NCBI RefSeq assembly: GCF_009914755.1
Contig: NC_060931.1
Origin: the human T2T-CHM13v2.0 reference genome, Homo sapiens
Length of the DNA: 64,000 nt
Direction: 5' to 3' (one strand)
The notes under the pieces: generated by a model
What the model saw: only the letters and a program-made list of their open reading frames with translations
Databases searched by the model: none
Told to the model about the DNA's origin: nothing
Shown: piece after piece, positions 1-15,704 of the stretch
Numbering within the stretch: the stretch's first letter is position 1
Layout: each line of letters opens with the position of its first letter
Program-made: the position numbers and the translations under genes

Positions 1-964
1 CCTCCATTGTGTCCTATTTTTATGGCCATGTTCTGTTTCCTGTTATGTTGTTCTTATGCTCAGGTAATGTGACAGTTCATATTCAGCATCAATTACTAAA
101 TGGTTTTTTGGGAAAAGGTCAATATGACTATTAAGTACCTATTTTTACCTAGATTATACTAAATTGGTTGTTGTACATAAATCTTTTTAAATAGCTAAGT
201 CCAAGTTTTGACATTTCTACAACCGTATAGGCTCCAGATTCGTCTTGATGGTTAGAAAGGAGGCAGGATACAGGTAAAAGAGGCTCCCATGCCTCTCTTT
301 ATTCCCAGTTAAGGCTCCAAAATGTTTAGGCAAAACATCTTGGTTTCCAATTCAGTTTTTAGATAGTCTGTAGGTAATATATGCCTTTTATGAGGCCACC
401 TATACTCTATACTCAGGAGTAGGATGCTTCAATTTGATGGGTATAGACTTGTTATCTTAGCCTTCTAGGACATAGGATAACCTATAATTGTTGGAAGATT
501 TCTCTTAGTGATTTTTTTCTCACTCCATTACCCCAGCCGTTCTGAAAGATCATACTGTCCTAGAATTGGATATAAATTCACTAATCTAAATGAAAGCACC
601 TAACACAATACCTTGTGCCTAGCAGGGGCTCAGTTAAGACTCTTTGAATCTGAATGACTCTCTGAATAGGAAGACATATATTCTGCCAGGCATTTATTAA
701 TAATCATGAAATCACATTATAACTTTAAAATCTGCTTACTGTGCTATATAGACCTTGAATACTATCTTTCACACTTAGTTCTATGTGGTTTTGGGCTCTC
801 AGAGCCCTAGTAGTTTCATACTTCTTTTAAAAAGAAGGGTAAGGGTAGATTTGATAGTAGAAAAGTAATTCTGAGCAGTCTTATAAATAAAACAGTTGAC
901 CAAATGGAATAACACTGTTTTCACTCAAAGACAAATTATTCTTCTAAATACTCTTGATTTTCTT

Positions 965-1353
<389 letters not shown>

Positions 1354-3672
1354 TTAAAGAATGGCAGTATCTTGGAATAACTAATTTCTGATGAGTAACA
1401 TCTTCACAGTAAATACTACTCGGCTAAGTGGAAAGAAATATAATTTTGTCTTAAAATAATTATAGATTATTGTTTTAAACTGTCTTCAAATGTGAAACTG
1501 ATACCAAGTAGTTAGTTTTGAAAGCATTTGTGTACTGTTTCTGGGAGTTGTAAGAATCATATCAATTACTCATATTATTTTAGTTGATCATCCACACTTG
1601 CTGAGGGGTTAGAGCTTCCTTGGGAACTTCATAGGCTGGTTAACCTGTTTGTTTTGGCCTTATGTGAGGTCTGGTCCCTAAGGATCATCTCGATGTAGAG
1701 CTTTGGGCAAACTTGTTGACACCACCACAAAGTAAATTCTACTTGCAAAACACAAATACCAGTGGATTTAGGGTTTTGTAGACCAATAATAGTATGATAT
1801 TACATGTACAATAAAAACATAAAATAATCTTTTAAAGCAAACTGGGGGAGGGGAGAGGGCCTTAAAGGGCAAGGAGGAATTCCTAGCTCAAATAATAATT
1901 TCTTTATTGCAGTTACCCATTCTGATCACTTGCTGTGACATGCCCTTTTAATTCCTTGGCCTCTTTGAATTGAATAAATTCTCTTCAGCCTTCTTTAATG
2001 CCTTAGGAACAATTGAGAATCAGCAGTTTTAGGGTATTTAGGAGGAAGGACTGGTATCCATATGTGGTGATTATAGAAGTTGTGTATACTATTTTTGTGC
2101 TGTGTAGTCAGCTCTTGGCTGTATTTCCACTGCCTTGAAACTCAGCTCCTTTCTATTGGTAGGTTGAAGAAATGGGCACAGATGTAAAGAGATAAGGTGG
2201 CAGGGCTGGGACAAGTAGGGAGTCTTGTGACGACAGGATGTTTTCTTCTCACTTATAGGACTGGTGTGTTTTTTAGTAATCAGGGTCATTCTTGCTCTGT
2301 CTACTAGAGGTTATCAATGAATGTTGGTTTTTAGTTTGGTTTACTATTAGCTGGAGGCAATTTGGGGTCAGGGGGTCTAGTACTAAGAACATCTTGTTTG
2401 TTTGTTTTCCAGTTGAGTGTTACACTGTAATGAGGCTGCATTGGCCTAAAACACTGATTGTCAGGTTAAGCAAGTACTAATGACTCAGTAAGGAATATTC
2501 TTCTGAGTCACAGGGAGCTAGTACCTAGAACAGTAGATAAGAAGAAAGTTCTTCACTTTAGATATAGCAAAATTCAAGGGTTTTTTTTTGTTCTTGTTGT
2601 TTGGAAAATAAGTTTTGATTTTTATAAGATCTACTTAATTTATAAACTGTGTAATATCAACTGCAGAGGTTCAGAGAATTTATCAAGTAAGACTTTGATT
2701 CTGTTGCAGTAAGGGTACTGAAAAAGAGAGTAATTCAACAGAAGTCTTTCTAGTAGGGAAGATAGTATAATCCTTTGCCAATGTAACTTGAGTTTCTTTA
2801 GGTTAAATTTTAATATTTGTGAATTAATTTATATGTACCTTTCTGGCAACTGCCAAAAGTTTGGTTCCAGCTTATACAATTTACACATTATTGAATTTTA
2901 GCACAGTTAGGGAACTGGAGGGTGGAGAATAGATATGGGGTGGTAAGGCAGGAGGCAGGTCAGGGTTAGAAGTTTTCCAGGAAGGCCACAAGTGAGGAAA
3001 AGCAAACTGTACCTAGAAAACTACTCTAATGGCCTCTGTGATGAAGGAGGGAACTGGAGATTGTGCCTTATAGTTGGCAAAAATCTATTTATAAGTGGAG
3101 CAATGCCTTTGGAACTCTGGTTGTTGGAGAGTGAGTTAAGAAAGAGCTACTCAGGTTTGGGTGTGTCAAATACACGTTTTCCAAAACTCTTTCCCCACAG
3201 TGGGACTGGAAAGTAGAGCCAAATGAGGAGGAGTTCAAAACTTTGGTAGTGAACATTTGGTGGGCCAAACCTAATAAAATAACATTTATTGAGTGGGTAG
3301 TACATGTCCTTAATAAAACTCGGAAGATACAAAAGCTAATGATAGAAAGTAAATCTCCTTCCTACCCCTGACTCCCAGCTAACCAGGTCACTCCTTAGAG
3401 ACACTGTGAGTTTCTTGCCCCAGAGAGCTATGTGTATGTGGGCAGTCACATATTTCAAAGATTTTTTTTTGTTACTGTTCACTGTAAGAGGATATATAAA
3501 TACAGATAAATGAAAAGATCAAAATAAAAATCAGCAAATCACCTGTAAGTCCACTGCCAGGCAGAACCACTGTGAATAGTTTGATAGTTGAAAGTGTATC
3601 CTTTCAGGAGTTTTAAAAATCCATGTGCAATTACGTTTGTACTTTCTTACACTATAAAAAAATTTTTTTAAG

Positions 3673-3805
3673 AGCCTAGTGTGGTGGCTCACACCTGTGA
3701 TCCCAGCTACTTGGGAGGCTGAGGCAGAGAAGATAAATGTCTTGAGCCTAGGAGTTCAAGACCAGCCTGGGCAACATAGCAAGACCCCATCTCTTAAAAA
3801 AAAAG
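3673..3805 (+). mobile_element. FLAM/Alu monomer
   Basis: single Alu arm with A tail. Confidence 0.85.
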
Positions 3806-4168
3806 TTAGATCACCTGAGCAATACATGAATATGTTCCTTTTATTAAAAACAAATTCAAATAATACATATTACATCAAAGTCTTCCTGCACCACTGCTTC
3901 CAGTTCTATCCCTTCTCTGTCGTAATGACCATGGTTATCTGCTTGTTGTGTATTCTTTGAGCATTTTATACATATCTATAGATATATATTGCTATGTTTT
4001 GTTTTTCATAGATGAGAATATCCTGTTCATATGATAGTGTAAGAAACAATATCTTGTTATTTAGCTATTGTCTCCATAATAACCAGTTAAGTTGAGGACC
4101 TTTTCAAATGCTTAGTGAACATTGATAGCACCTTTTCGTGAATAGCCTGAGCTGTACATAACATTTAG

Positions 4169-4552
<384 letters not shown>

Positions 4553-5370
4553 TAACATTGAATGGATATGTGATAGTTTGTATAATTTACACTTTTATAA
4601 TTGATATGCTTTGTGAAGACCTTATACCTGTAAGATCATTTTGAGGGGAAGCATTTTGGTCAGATTAATACTATTATGATCAAATAAAGCTTTAAGTCTT
4701 TTATTTGCTCCCCTTGATAAGATTTATACTTATTTAACAATACTAATCATTTTACTACTTAGATTAGATTATGGACTCAGAACTATTATGGTTTCTGGTG
4801 GCAACAAACTAGTCACTTTGGCTAGACATAGATGTTCCTAAATCTCTAATTACCCATAAATTGTTTGCACTTCTACATATATCTGATTGTGCCCATTACA
4901 ACAGAACCTGTTTGTTTAGTTTTCCCAGGTAAATCTCATAGGCAGCTATTTATGCCTAGACAAAAAATATGTTAGGAGATCAAAAAAGATCGTCATTGTG
5001 ATTTTAATGAGAAAGCATCCTGGAGAAAAGATTGAAAATGTAGGCTGATATGAGAAAGCTGGGAGGATTAAGTGAGTAGCAGGAGACTATCCCAGATGGG
5101 GAGAAAGCACAAGGAACAGTAAGAAGGTGTGTTTGGGGGAGAGTTGGTAGACAGTTTGAATGGATGAAGTGTTCATGTTGGAAAATTGTAAGAAAAAAGT
5201 TGGAAAGGTGGTTTGAGTCAACATGTACAAGGCATTTAACTGGTGCCATGTTAAGGGTTTTCAATTCTTATAGGTGGAGTGCTTTTGAAGCATTTTGAGC
5301 AGGGGAAATAATAGGGTATTTTCCAAATATTAATTAGGTGGTAATTATGCAGGATAAATTTGAGGAAAGA

Positions 5371-5789
<419 letters not shown>

Positions 5790-5839
5790 TTATGGGGAGA
5801 GACACTTGGAAGCAGAAATTATGAGAGACTTTTGAAATA

Positions 5840-6585
5840 GCATTATTGAGGTATAATTTAAATAAATATAATTCATCCGTTTTAAGCGTACAGTTTGATG
5901 GATTTTAACAGATGCGTGCAATCCTGTAACCACTACTACAATCATGATACGGAACAATTGCATCACCCCAGAAAATTCCCTTTACAGACAGATCTGTCCC
6001 TCCAAACTTAGCCTCTGGCATCCTCTGATCTGGTTCCTGTGACTCTAGGCTTTTCTGATGTTTGTTTGTTGGCCTTTTCTAGGGTTTCCTGTAAATGGAA
6101 TCTCATGTCTTCTGCGTCTGGGTACTTTGACTTAGCATAGTACTTTTGAAATTCCTCCATGTATTGCCTGTGTCCCTTCTTATTGCCGAGCAGTAATCCA
6201 CTGTATTCCTACTGTGGATTATGTTCCACCGTTGTTTATCCGTCCACCAGATGATGACCGTTGGGTTGTTTCCAGTTTTTGGCTGCCATGAGTCAAGTTG
6301 CTATAAACGTGAGAGTGCAAGTCTGTGTGTGAATACACATTTTCATTTCTCTTGGGTGCATGTAACAGTGGGGTTGTTAGGTCCAATGGTAACTGTATGC
6401 TTAATAAGAAACTACCTGATTCGCTGAGAGAGAGCTTTAAAGGAAAAAAAAAAAACAAAAAACTACCAAACCATTTTCCAAAGTAGCCACATCATTTTGC
6501 ATTCCTGCTAGTGATGAATCAGAGAACAATTGCTCCATGTCCATGTTAGCATTTGATGTCATCACTCTTAATTTTAGCCAATAAT
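5840..6585 (-). mobile_element. old L1M (L1MB/L1ME-type) 3' end fragment
   Basis: ttattgaggtataattta...catcaccccagaaaattccc...tttccagtttttggct typical antisense L1M 3' UTR. Confidence 0.8.
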
Positions 6586-6784
6586 GGTTTTAAGGCAGAA
6601 AAAATAGTAAGGATGAACAAAATTGGAATGTCAAGTGGGAGAAGCTAATTTAGAGACAAATGACAGTGGAAACACTAATTTCAGTTTTGCTTTATTAGAG
6701 TTTAAGGTGTTTTCAACTAAAAAAATGACCCTATAGGTTCTATAACTTCTCATATAGAATTTTTAAAAGAATGGCCTGTTGGAG

Positions 6785-6955
6785 TTAGGCAGTCATGAGT
6801 TTGAAGATTGGCTCACCTATTTTCTGTGTGACCTTAGATAAGTTACTTGTCCTTTCCTAGCCTTCGTTTTCCCCATTTGTCAAATGTGAAATAATAGATG
6901 ATTGTACTTAGTATAGGATCTGATGCAAAGTTAGCATTCAGTGAATGGTAGCTTG
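6785..6955 (+). mobile_element. MIR
   Basis: ctgtgtgaccttagataagttactt...ccccatttgtcaaatg core. Confidence 0.7.
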
Positions 6956-8298
6956 GTATTTAAATATATATTTTATGCCCCAGTAACTTGTGAATTTCTT
7001 GCAAATCTGAGCATTTTTTTTCTTTCTAGCTGTTTTATTCCCCAACTGTGTTAATTCCCCATACTAGTAGTCAGAGTGATTTTGTTAAACACTGATCTTG
7101 TCAGTTACTTCCTTGTGCTGATGCCTTCCACTTGTCCTTGTCTGGGTATGAATATCTTAGGAAGAAACCTTGATGAGGTCCTCTGTTGAAAAGGTCTCCT
7201 TTCAACCTTTTTCCTTTCTACCATTTATAATTACTGTAGTCATTTGTTTAATCTTTCTCTTCCCCTCTCTGTACTTAACTGCTTGTGTATAACTATAAAA
7301 TCCATGAAGGCTGGCACATGGTAAGTGCTCAGTAAGTTTGTTTAATAGATCATCTTGTTTTAAGTTACTTGAAGACAAGGACATTTCATACTTAAATTCT
7401 GATATCTTAACATATTGCTTTCTATGGCATAAGTTCTTAACAGATATTTTTGACTCTAAGTAATGGTTCGAAATAAGCTATGTAGAATTATTGGGTCAAA
7501 TAAGATGAAGAGTTTTAAAAATTATTTTAGCATATTTCTATTATAACAGTAATACTTCATAGGAAATTTGGAAATCATGGAAGAGGCAGAAGAAGAAAAT
7601 GTAAGAGTATTGCAAAGTCTCATGGCAGATGCTTTCAGATTGCTTTCCAAAAGGGTTTTATTGGTACATTCTTTATCAGCAGTGTTTGAGCAGTCCTATT
7701 CTCCATCTTTTCAGAATTTAAAATCTTTTCAAAATTTGAATTTTCAAATTCAAATTAAATTCCTCTATAATTTGATAGAGGAAATTGATATCTTACTTTA
7801 ATCTCATTTATTGATCATTTTCCATTGAGTTGTAATGCTGCCTTTTTCATCTTTAATTCTTATATACTAGGTTAGGTTTCTGAACAATGCTGTTCATTAA
7901 TCTTTTTATTCTTATATTCCTACCTCATCTATTTTAACTCCCATAACTTTAAAAATATTTCGTATGTGGCAGGACTAGTCCTCTTCATTAGTTTTGTCTG
8001 TGGATTTTTATATATTTATTAGATCTCTTCCTCTCTCTCTCAGTTTAGGGTGAAATCATCCCTCATGTCCTTAACTGCTTGTGTGTAACTTCTTCTCAAT
8101 AGACTACCTCCTACCAACCTCTCTCTTTCCTTTTCCTGAATGCTGATTCTCACCATAATTCTATAACATAATATAAAGGTCTCAGTCTGCAGACCTGCCA
8201 AAATGGGAAAAATAAAGGACAATCTATTATGTATTTTGCATCTAAGCACATGGGTATGTTGTATGTATATATGTGTATATGTATATATTTATTACATC

Positions 8299-8323
8299 TG
8301 TGTGTGTGTGTGTGTGTGTGTGT
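8299..8323. repeat. (TG)n microsatellite
   Basis: direct read. Confidence 0.95.
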
Positions 8324-8994
8324 ATGCATGTATGCATGTTGTTTAAGGTTGCCAACTGGCATTTCTTGAGAAGGATTGTCATTGTTCTGGGATTATACCC
8401 TCAGTAGCCCTATTTAGCAAGATGTTGGTTCCTAGAATTGTACTTGAAACTTTTACCTAACTTGTAAAATCTAAAAATATGGGAACCATTACTTACATTT
8501 CGCACCACAGTACCTTTCTTGGTGATGATGGTATAGTAATCATGTTGTTTTGTCCACTGAAAAGTGTACAATGGAGTCACAGCTTATGTAGGAGTTAGGT
8601 TTTTTTAGCATCACTATGTAATATAGACATAGCAGCTAGTCAGAATTGCCTTTGCAAGTTACTTGTAAAGTGATGACACCATGTTGGAGATGTCTTTCGT
8701 AAGTCTGGCATAACTTTTTTCCCTCAAGCACTGGAACAGATCACTGTATCTTTGCATTGAAACAAAGCAAAGCAATTTGCTTTTATTTAAGGGCCATGTT
8801 ACATACAACTTACTCATCTTTAACCATTAGAATCACACTTTTCATTGAGAGGTATGCGGTTTGAGAGCTGAAACCAAATGAGATGACTAGAGATTTACAT
8901 CTTGCATCTCATGCTCTCTACAAGGCTCACTGTGGCTTAGTGGTGGCATGTTGGTTTGCAGAATCTTTTGCACTAATTGTTTTCTTGGTTTTGT

Positions 8995-9288
8995 TTTTGC
9001 TTTTGTTTTTTGAGATAGGGTCTCGCTCTGTCACCCAGGTTGGAGTGCAGTGGCATGAACTTGGCTCACTGTAGCCTCAACCTCCTGGGTTCCTCCTGCC
9101 TCAGCCTCTCAAGTAGCAAGGACCACAGGCAACATGCCACCATGCCTGGCTAATTAAAAAAAAAAAATTTGTTGAGACAGGTCTCACTGTGTTGCCCAGG
9201 CTAGTCTCAAACTCCTGGGCTCTCGCAATCCTCCTGCCTTGGCCTCCCAAAGTGCTGAAATTACAGGTATGAGTTACTGCACCTGGCC
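8995..9288 (-). mobile_element. AluJ
   Basis: antisense Alu motifs. Confidence 0.9.
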
Positions 9289-9384
9289 TTCTCTTCTCTT
9301 TCTAAGCATCTGCTTCCCCCATCCCCTACCAAAAAAAATATCATGGGACAGGGAAGTCTTAGAAGATGCTTAGAAAATTTAAGA

Positions 9385-9948
<564 letters not shown>

Positions 9949-10112
9949 TGAAGTTATCTAAACTAGGAAATTGACATTGGCATAATACAGTCAACTAGAT
10001 AATAGATCTTAACTCAGATTTCACGTACTCATTTCAGTTTTTACATGCACTCATTTTTCATTTTCTTGTATGTCTGTGTGTATAATTCTAATTATTAAAA
10101 CAAATACTTTTA

Positions 10113-10487
10113 GGCTGGACCCAGTGGCTCACACCTATAATCCCAGCACTTTGGGAGGCTGAGGCAGCAGGATTGCTTGAGCCCAGAAGTTCAAGAACAG
10201 CCTGGGCAACATAGGGAGGCCCTGTCTCTACAAAAATATTTAAAAATTAGCCGGGCTTTGAGGCATGCACCTGTAGTCCCACTTACGAGGCTGAGGCAGG
10301 AGGTTCACTTGAGCCCGGGAGGTTGAGGCTGCAGTGAAGCCATGATCATGCCACTGCACTCCAGCCTGGGTGACAGAGTGAGACCCTATCTCAAAAAACA
10401 AACATGCAGTGAGCCATGATCATGCCACTGCACTGCAGCCTGGGCAATAGAGCAAGACCCTATCTTTAAAAAAATAATAATAATAAT
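10113..10487 (+). mobile_element. AluJ with duplicated 3' end
   Basis: gcagtgagccatgatcatgccactgcact...gaccctatct occurs twice. Confidence 0.9.
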
Positions 10488-10494
10488 TTAAAAC

Positions 10495-11180
10495 ATAATT
10501 TTAAGTTTACAGGAAAGTTGCAAAGACAATACAGAGAGTTCCCATACAGCCTTCACCCACTGTCCCCTGTTGTTGACATCTTGCAATGTTGTTGACATCT
10601 TGCAATTTGTATGTTTGTTACAGCTAAGGAGCCAGCATTGGCACACTACCATTCAACTCCACATTTTATTTGGATTTTACTAGTTTTCTCCTAGTGTCTT
10701 TTTTCAGTTTCTGAATCAGCCAGGTTACCATATTAAACTTAGTCATTATTTCTCCTTAGGTTCATCTATACTGTGGCAGTTTTTCACATTTTCCTTGTTT
10801 TTGATAATTTTTGACAACTTTGAAGAAGGTGGTCACTCATTTCATAGAATGTCCATGAATTTGGTTTTGTCTGATGGTTTTCTCAGGGTTAGGCTGGGGT
10901 TATAGGCTACTGAGAAGATCACAGAGGTGACGAAGTGCAGTTTTTATCACAGATCATGGATACATGCAGTCAGTATGATGTATCCCTGTTGACGTTGACT
11001 GTAGTCACCTAGAGAGGTAGTGTTGGCCAGGTTTTCTACTATGAAGTTACTCTGTCCCTCCCCTTTTTATACTCTTTGGAACAAGTCACTAAGTGCAATT
11101 TGCATTCAAGGTGTGGGAGGACTTAAACCTCCTGGAGAGGGGGACTATCTGCAAAAATTATTTGAATTCTTCTAACAGGT
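10495..11180 (-). mobile_element. L1MC-type 3' fragment (related piece ~9860-10085)
   Basis: tttacaggaaagttgcaaag...acagagagttcccata...cttcaccc motif. Confidence 0.75.
10568..10605 (+). repeat. perfect 19-bp tandem duplication
   Basis: tgttgttgacatcttgcaa x2. Confidence 0.9.
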
Positions 11181-11243
11181 CTTTTTAAACTTTATGGAAA
11201 CAGCATGAGTACCAAATCAGTCTAATGTATCTGTTCTTTGCAG

Positions 11244-11345
11244 GGTGGGAAACCCCGTAAACACCGGAAGGATCGGCTACAAGATTTAATTGATATAGGC
11301 TTTGGCTATGATGAGACAGATCCATTTATTGATAACTCAGAGGCT
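11244..11345 (+). CDS. UBN2: UBN2 exon 3 ([34 protein letters not shown]), first half of HRD/HUN domain
   Basis: ttctttgcag acceptor, gtgagt donor; 102 nt, phase 0/0; [13 protein letters not shown] motif is the ubinuclein/Hpc2 signature. Confidence 0.96.
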
Positions 11346-11587
11346 GTGAGTAATGTATCTTTAATATAGCAGCAAATTCATTGTTTGTATGGGATAGTAG
11401 AAGTCAAGGGTAAAGTAACTTAAATAGTGCAGTGAATGTTTTTATTTGTGCTTTTTAAAGCCATGTTCACTACTTAAAGATTTCTTTACCCTTTTTTTTT
11501 TTTTTAAAGAATACTGCAGACTGAGAATTTTGTAATTTTGGGTTTGTCTGTGGTGAATTGTTATTACATTGTTAAAATAGACCAAGT

Positions 11588-11922
11588 TTTATCAAACTTT
11601 TTTCTGTAAAAGGCCACATAGTATTTTAGACTTTGTGAACCCTGTGGTTTCTGTCACAACTACACAAGTTTGCCATTGTAGCATGAGAGCAGCCATAGAT
11701 AATACCTAAAGAATTAGCATGGCTGCGTTACAATGAAACTTTATCTATGGTCTGTGAAATTTAAATTTCATATAATTTTTCGTGTGTTGTGAAATATTAA
11801 TTTCTTTTGATTTTTTTTCCAATAATTTTTAAAATGTAAAATCCATTTCTAGCTTGCAAGCTGTTTGAAAACAAGCCGGTGGGCTGGATTTGGCCAGTGC
11901 ATCTCATGGTTTGCTGACTCTG
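11588..11922 (+). mobile_element. MER58B-like hAT-Charlie DNA transposon
   Basis: caaacttttttctgtaaaaggcca...gcagccataga...ggctggatttggcc...tttgctgac. Confidence 0.8.
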
Positions 11923-12517
11923 TACAATGTCTTTATTTTCATATGCTCTGCTCCTTTCCAGTTCCTGAAAGAATCTCTTGGGATTCTCTAGTAGTTGCTC
12001 ATTTTCAGAAGTCTAATTATAGCGTTGACTCCATCCTCACCCCTTGCTCAAACAGAACAAAAATAAGTTTCTTAAAAAAAAAGAGAAAAAGGAAAATCAA
12101 ATGCTGAAAAACATTAAGTTAAGCTAGTGGTTCTCAATCAAGGGTGAGAATATTAGTACACTTGTCTTAACTCAGACTTAAGGAATTAGGATTTCTGGAG
12201 GTGAGGCCTACAGAGATTTTAGTGTTCTTTTTTTTTAATTATAAGATTAACATATGCTTATGGTAAAACAACAATAAAGTACAAGGTGGTTATGTAGAAG
12301 GTAAAGTACCCAAAGGCCCCAGTCCTGAGAGGTAAATACTAAAAATCTTCTTGTGTAGTTGTCCAGAAATTTCAGTGATACTTATATATTAGTACATGGA
12401 TATAATCCTTTTAATGGCTGCTAGTGAATATACCTAAATTACATAATGTATTTATCTACACCCATTTGATGTACATCTAAACTGTTTCTGGTTTTATGTG
12501 CATACAAATAACGGAGC

Positions 12518-12595
12518 ATCTGGGTGCATTTATCTACTGAAGTAACTGTGTATGAAATCTGGGTGCATTTATCTACTGAAGTAACTGTGTATGAA
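12518..12595 (+). repeat. perfect 39-bp tandem duplication
   Basis: atctgggtgcatttatctactgaagtaactgtgtatgaa x2. Confidence 0.95.
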
Positions 12596-13299
12596 GGGTA
12601 TTTAGAGGGTGCATTTATATGGGTAGGTTAAATTTCTAGCAGTGGAATTTATTGGTCAAAGGGCATTTATTTGCATCGTGATTTTTATTGATATTCCCAA
12701 ACTTGGGCAGGTGTGTTTCAAAATGACTTCCAAGATAAGAACCATGCAATCTTAAAGATTGGTGCTACTGGGTTGAAATTAATCTGGCAGACATCTCTAA
12801 TATCTGTTCAATTCTTTATTGCTGCCATGCCTTATTACCAGGATGGTACATTGAGTGCCAGTCTTTATCACCAGTCTGTTTTGATTGAGCCCTACAGCTT
12901 TTCCCCTGGAATCCCCTTTTTCTTACAAAAGGAAAAGGAATTTAGGAGAGCATTTAAGGACTGTAGCAGCCCCTTGATCACATAACAAATGAAAGACAAG
13001 TCATGTTTTGCAGTAGAGAAGGTGTATGTTCTTCCATTCTTGTCCATGTACTAGAGTAATCTAATCCCTGGGATTATGATATCCTCTGCAATGTGCAGTA
13101 ATTAAGCATATACAGAAGGTGACACTAGGTGACTATTACACTACCCACAAATTATATATTATGTCTTTTTTCCTGTTGCTACAGTGCTTGCTTATAAAGT
13201 TGATGACAGAACATATAAAGGTAGGAGAGTGACAGTAAGGACTTCAACATGAGGCACATTGGATATTCTGTCAAACTCCTAAGTTAATTCTGCTGTCAC

Positions 13300-13697
<398 letters not shown>

Positions 13698-14054
13698 TTA
13701 CAAAAAAGGTTGTCAACCAATAAATCAGGGCATGGAATGTTTTCCGGAGTCTTGACCTCGATTTGTAACTTGGTGCAGAAGTCTAGATTGTAATCTTAAT
13801 TCAGTTTCTAATTTGCTGTGTAGCCAGGAGCAAGTCTTTTAGCACCACCCGGTTTTCTCTGCTATGACTTGCTTACCCCACAGAATTACTGAGCCTTAAA
13901 TAAGGTAATGAATGTAAACTAGCTGAAGAAACATGAAGCAAGTGCAAAGCATCAGTAGAAGTGTTATGTGTACATTTTGAATTCTAAATAACCCAAGAAG
14001 TAACTTAGCCATATATAAATGGGCATCACATGTACTCACACTTACATAAATAGC

Positions 14055-14500
14055 TTTTTTAAATTAATAAACTTTCTTTTCTTAGAGCAGTTTTAGAGTC
14101 ACAGCAAAACTGAGCAGAAAGTACAGAGTTTCCATGAACACCTTGCCCGCATGCACACACTGCCTTCCCCCGCTCAGCATGCTGTACCACAGTAGGACAT
14201 TTGTTAGAGTTGATGAGCCCAGACATTGTGACACATCATTGTCACCGAAGTCCATAGTTCACATTAGGGTTCATTCTTGGGGTTGTACACTTTGTGGGTT
14301 TGGACAAATGAATAATGACACGTATCTACCATGGTAGTATCACACAGAAGTGTAGTTTTGCTTCCCTTAAAATCTTCTGTGCTCTGCCTATTCATTCCTC
14401 CTTCCCTCCTAATCACTGGCACCTACTGGTCTTAACTGTCTTCAGAGTTCTACCTTTTCCAGAATGTCTTATAGAGAAAATCATATAGTATGTAACTTTT
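14055..14500 (-). mobile_element. L1MD/L1MC-type 3' fragment
   Basis: agagcagttttag...cacagcaaaactgagcagaaagtacagagtt motif. Confidence 0.75.
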
Positions 14501-15174
14501 ATAAATAGCATTTTTAATATCTCCTTTTATAGCATTTAGGATATTTTCATGCTGACTTTTGTAACCCATAATTGGCTTATATATCAACTTAAAGGGCATG
14601 ACTGGTATTTTTAAAGAAAATGAAATCAAATAGAATAGGAACTAGTACGTCATTGGTAGACTATACAGTTTTTATTGTGTGTGTATGTGTGTGCTAGATT
14701 TTGATGGGTAATGTATTTTCCACTTGGGCTGTGGTGAAGAAAAGTGGAAAACTTCTGTTTTAATAAGTCAGGATAAATTTTGTAGATACGAATTGCTTAG
14801 TCATACAACTAGTTTCTGAACAAGGTAGGTTCCTGTTTTATAAGAAGAAATTGAACTGAAATGCAGGTTGCGTGACTTAACAAAATAACTTAGTGTCTTT
14901 GCCCTTGACATATTATTTGTTTTTTTTTAATGAGATAATTCAGACATAAAACAACTATGGTCGAACCAAATGATTCTTGTTCTTTTCATTTATTGTATTG
15001 CCAGTAAGCTTTCAGTGTTGGCATATTGTTTAATATATTCTGAATCATGCACGAATTACTAAAAATAAATACCTGAAAATAAATGCTTTTGAAGATTATT
15101 TTTAGTCTCATATTTATGCTACCAAACTGTAAAAGAGCTGAAAGAAAATGTTTTGTTTATTATTAATAAATAAT

Positions 15175-15380
15175 GATACCAGGCATGATTCACACACTTT
15201 TATTTAGATAGTCTCTTTTAAATTTCACTAGAACTTTGTGAAGTAATATTGTCCCTGTTTTATAACCCTCCAAATTTGATGTTAAGTGATTTTCCCTGGG
15301 TCACAGTAGCTAGTCATAGGCAAAGAATCTAAATCCAGGCCTTTTGATTCTTAAGTTCAGTGTGTTACCTCTTAACACAT
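15175..15380 (-). mobile_element. MIR
   Basis: gttaagtgattttccctgggtcacag...aatccaggc core. Confidence 0.6.
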
Positions 15381-15548
15381 TCTACTGAAATGACTGAACT
15401 AAATATTCACAAAGAGTGTATTCCTCTGAAGAGTGTTCGGATAGGAAAAGCTCAGCAGAATACTGCATAAGAAAACAGACTTTGAGCACATCAGAATTGC
15501 CCTGTATACCTGGAGATGAACATGTTTCACTCCCACGTGAAGCTGCTT

Positions 15549-15704
15549 GGAAGAAAAAGGAATAGTAGCAGTGATCCTTAAATTTTTCTTAGCAGGTGAT
15601 ATATTTAGAATTTACTTTATTATTTCAGAAGTTTTTTTCTTACACCAAATTATCAGAACTAATTTTTATTTCAGATAGTAACCTTTTCTAAATTTATTTT
15701 ACAA
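15549..15704 (+). repeat. 156-bp dispersed direct repeat, copy 1
   Basis: 155/156 identical to 17490-17645. Confidence 0.95.

Noticed and set aside
7733-7756. 11-bp inverted repeat aatttgaattt/aaattcaaatt
   Set aside because: AT-rich and short; expected by chance
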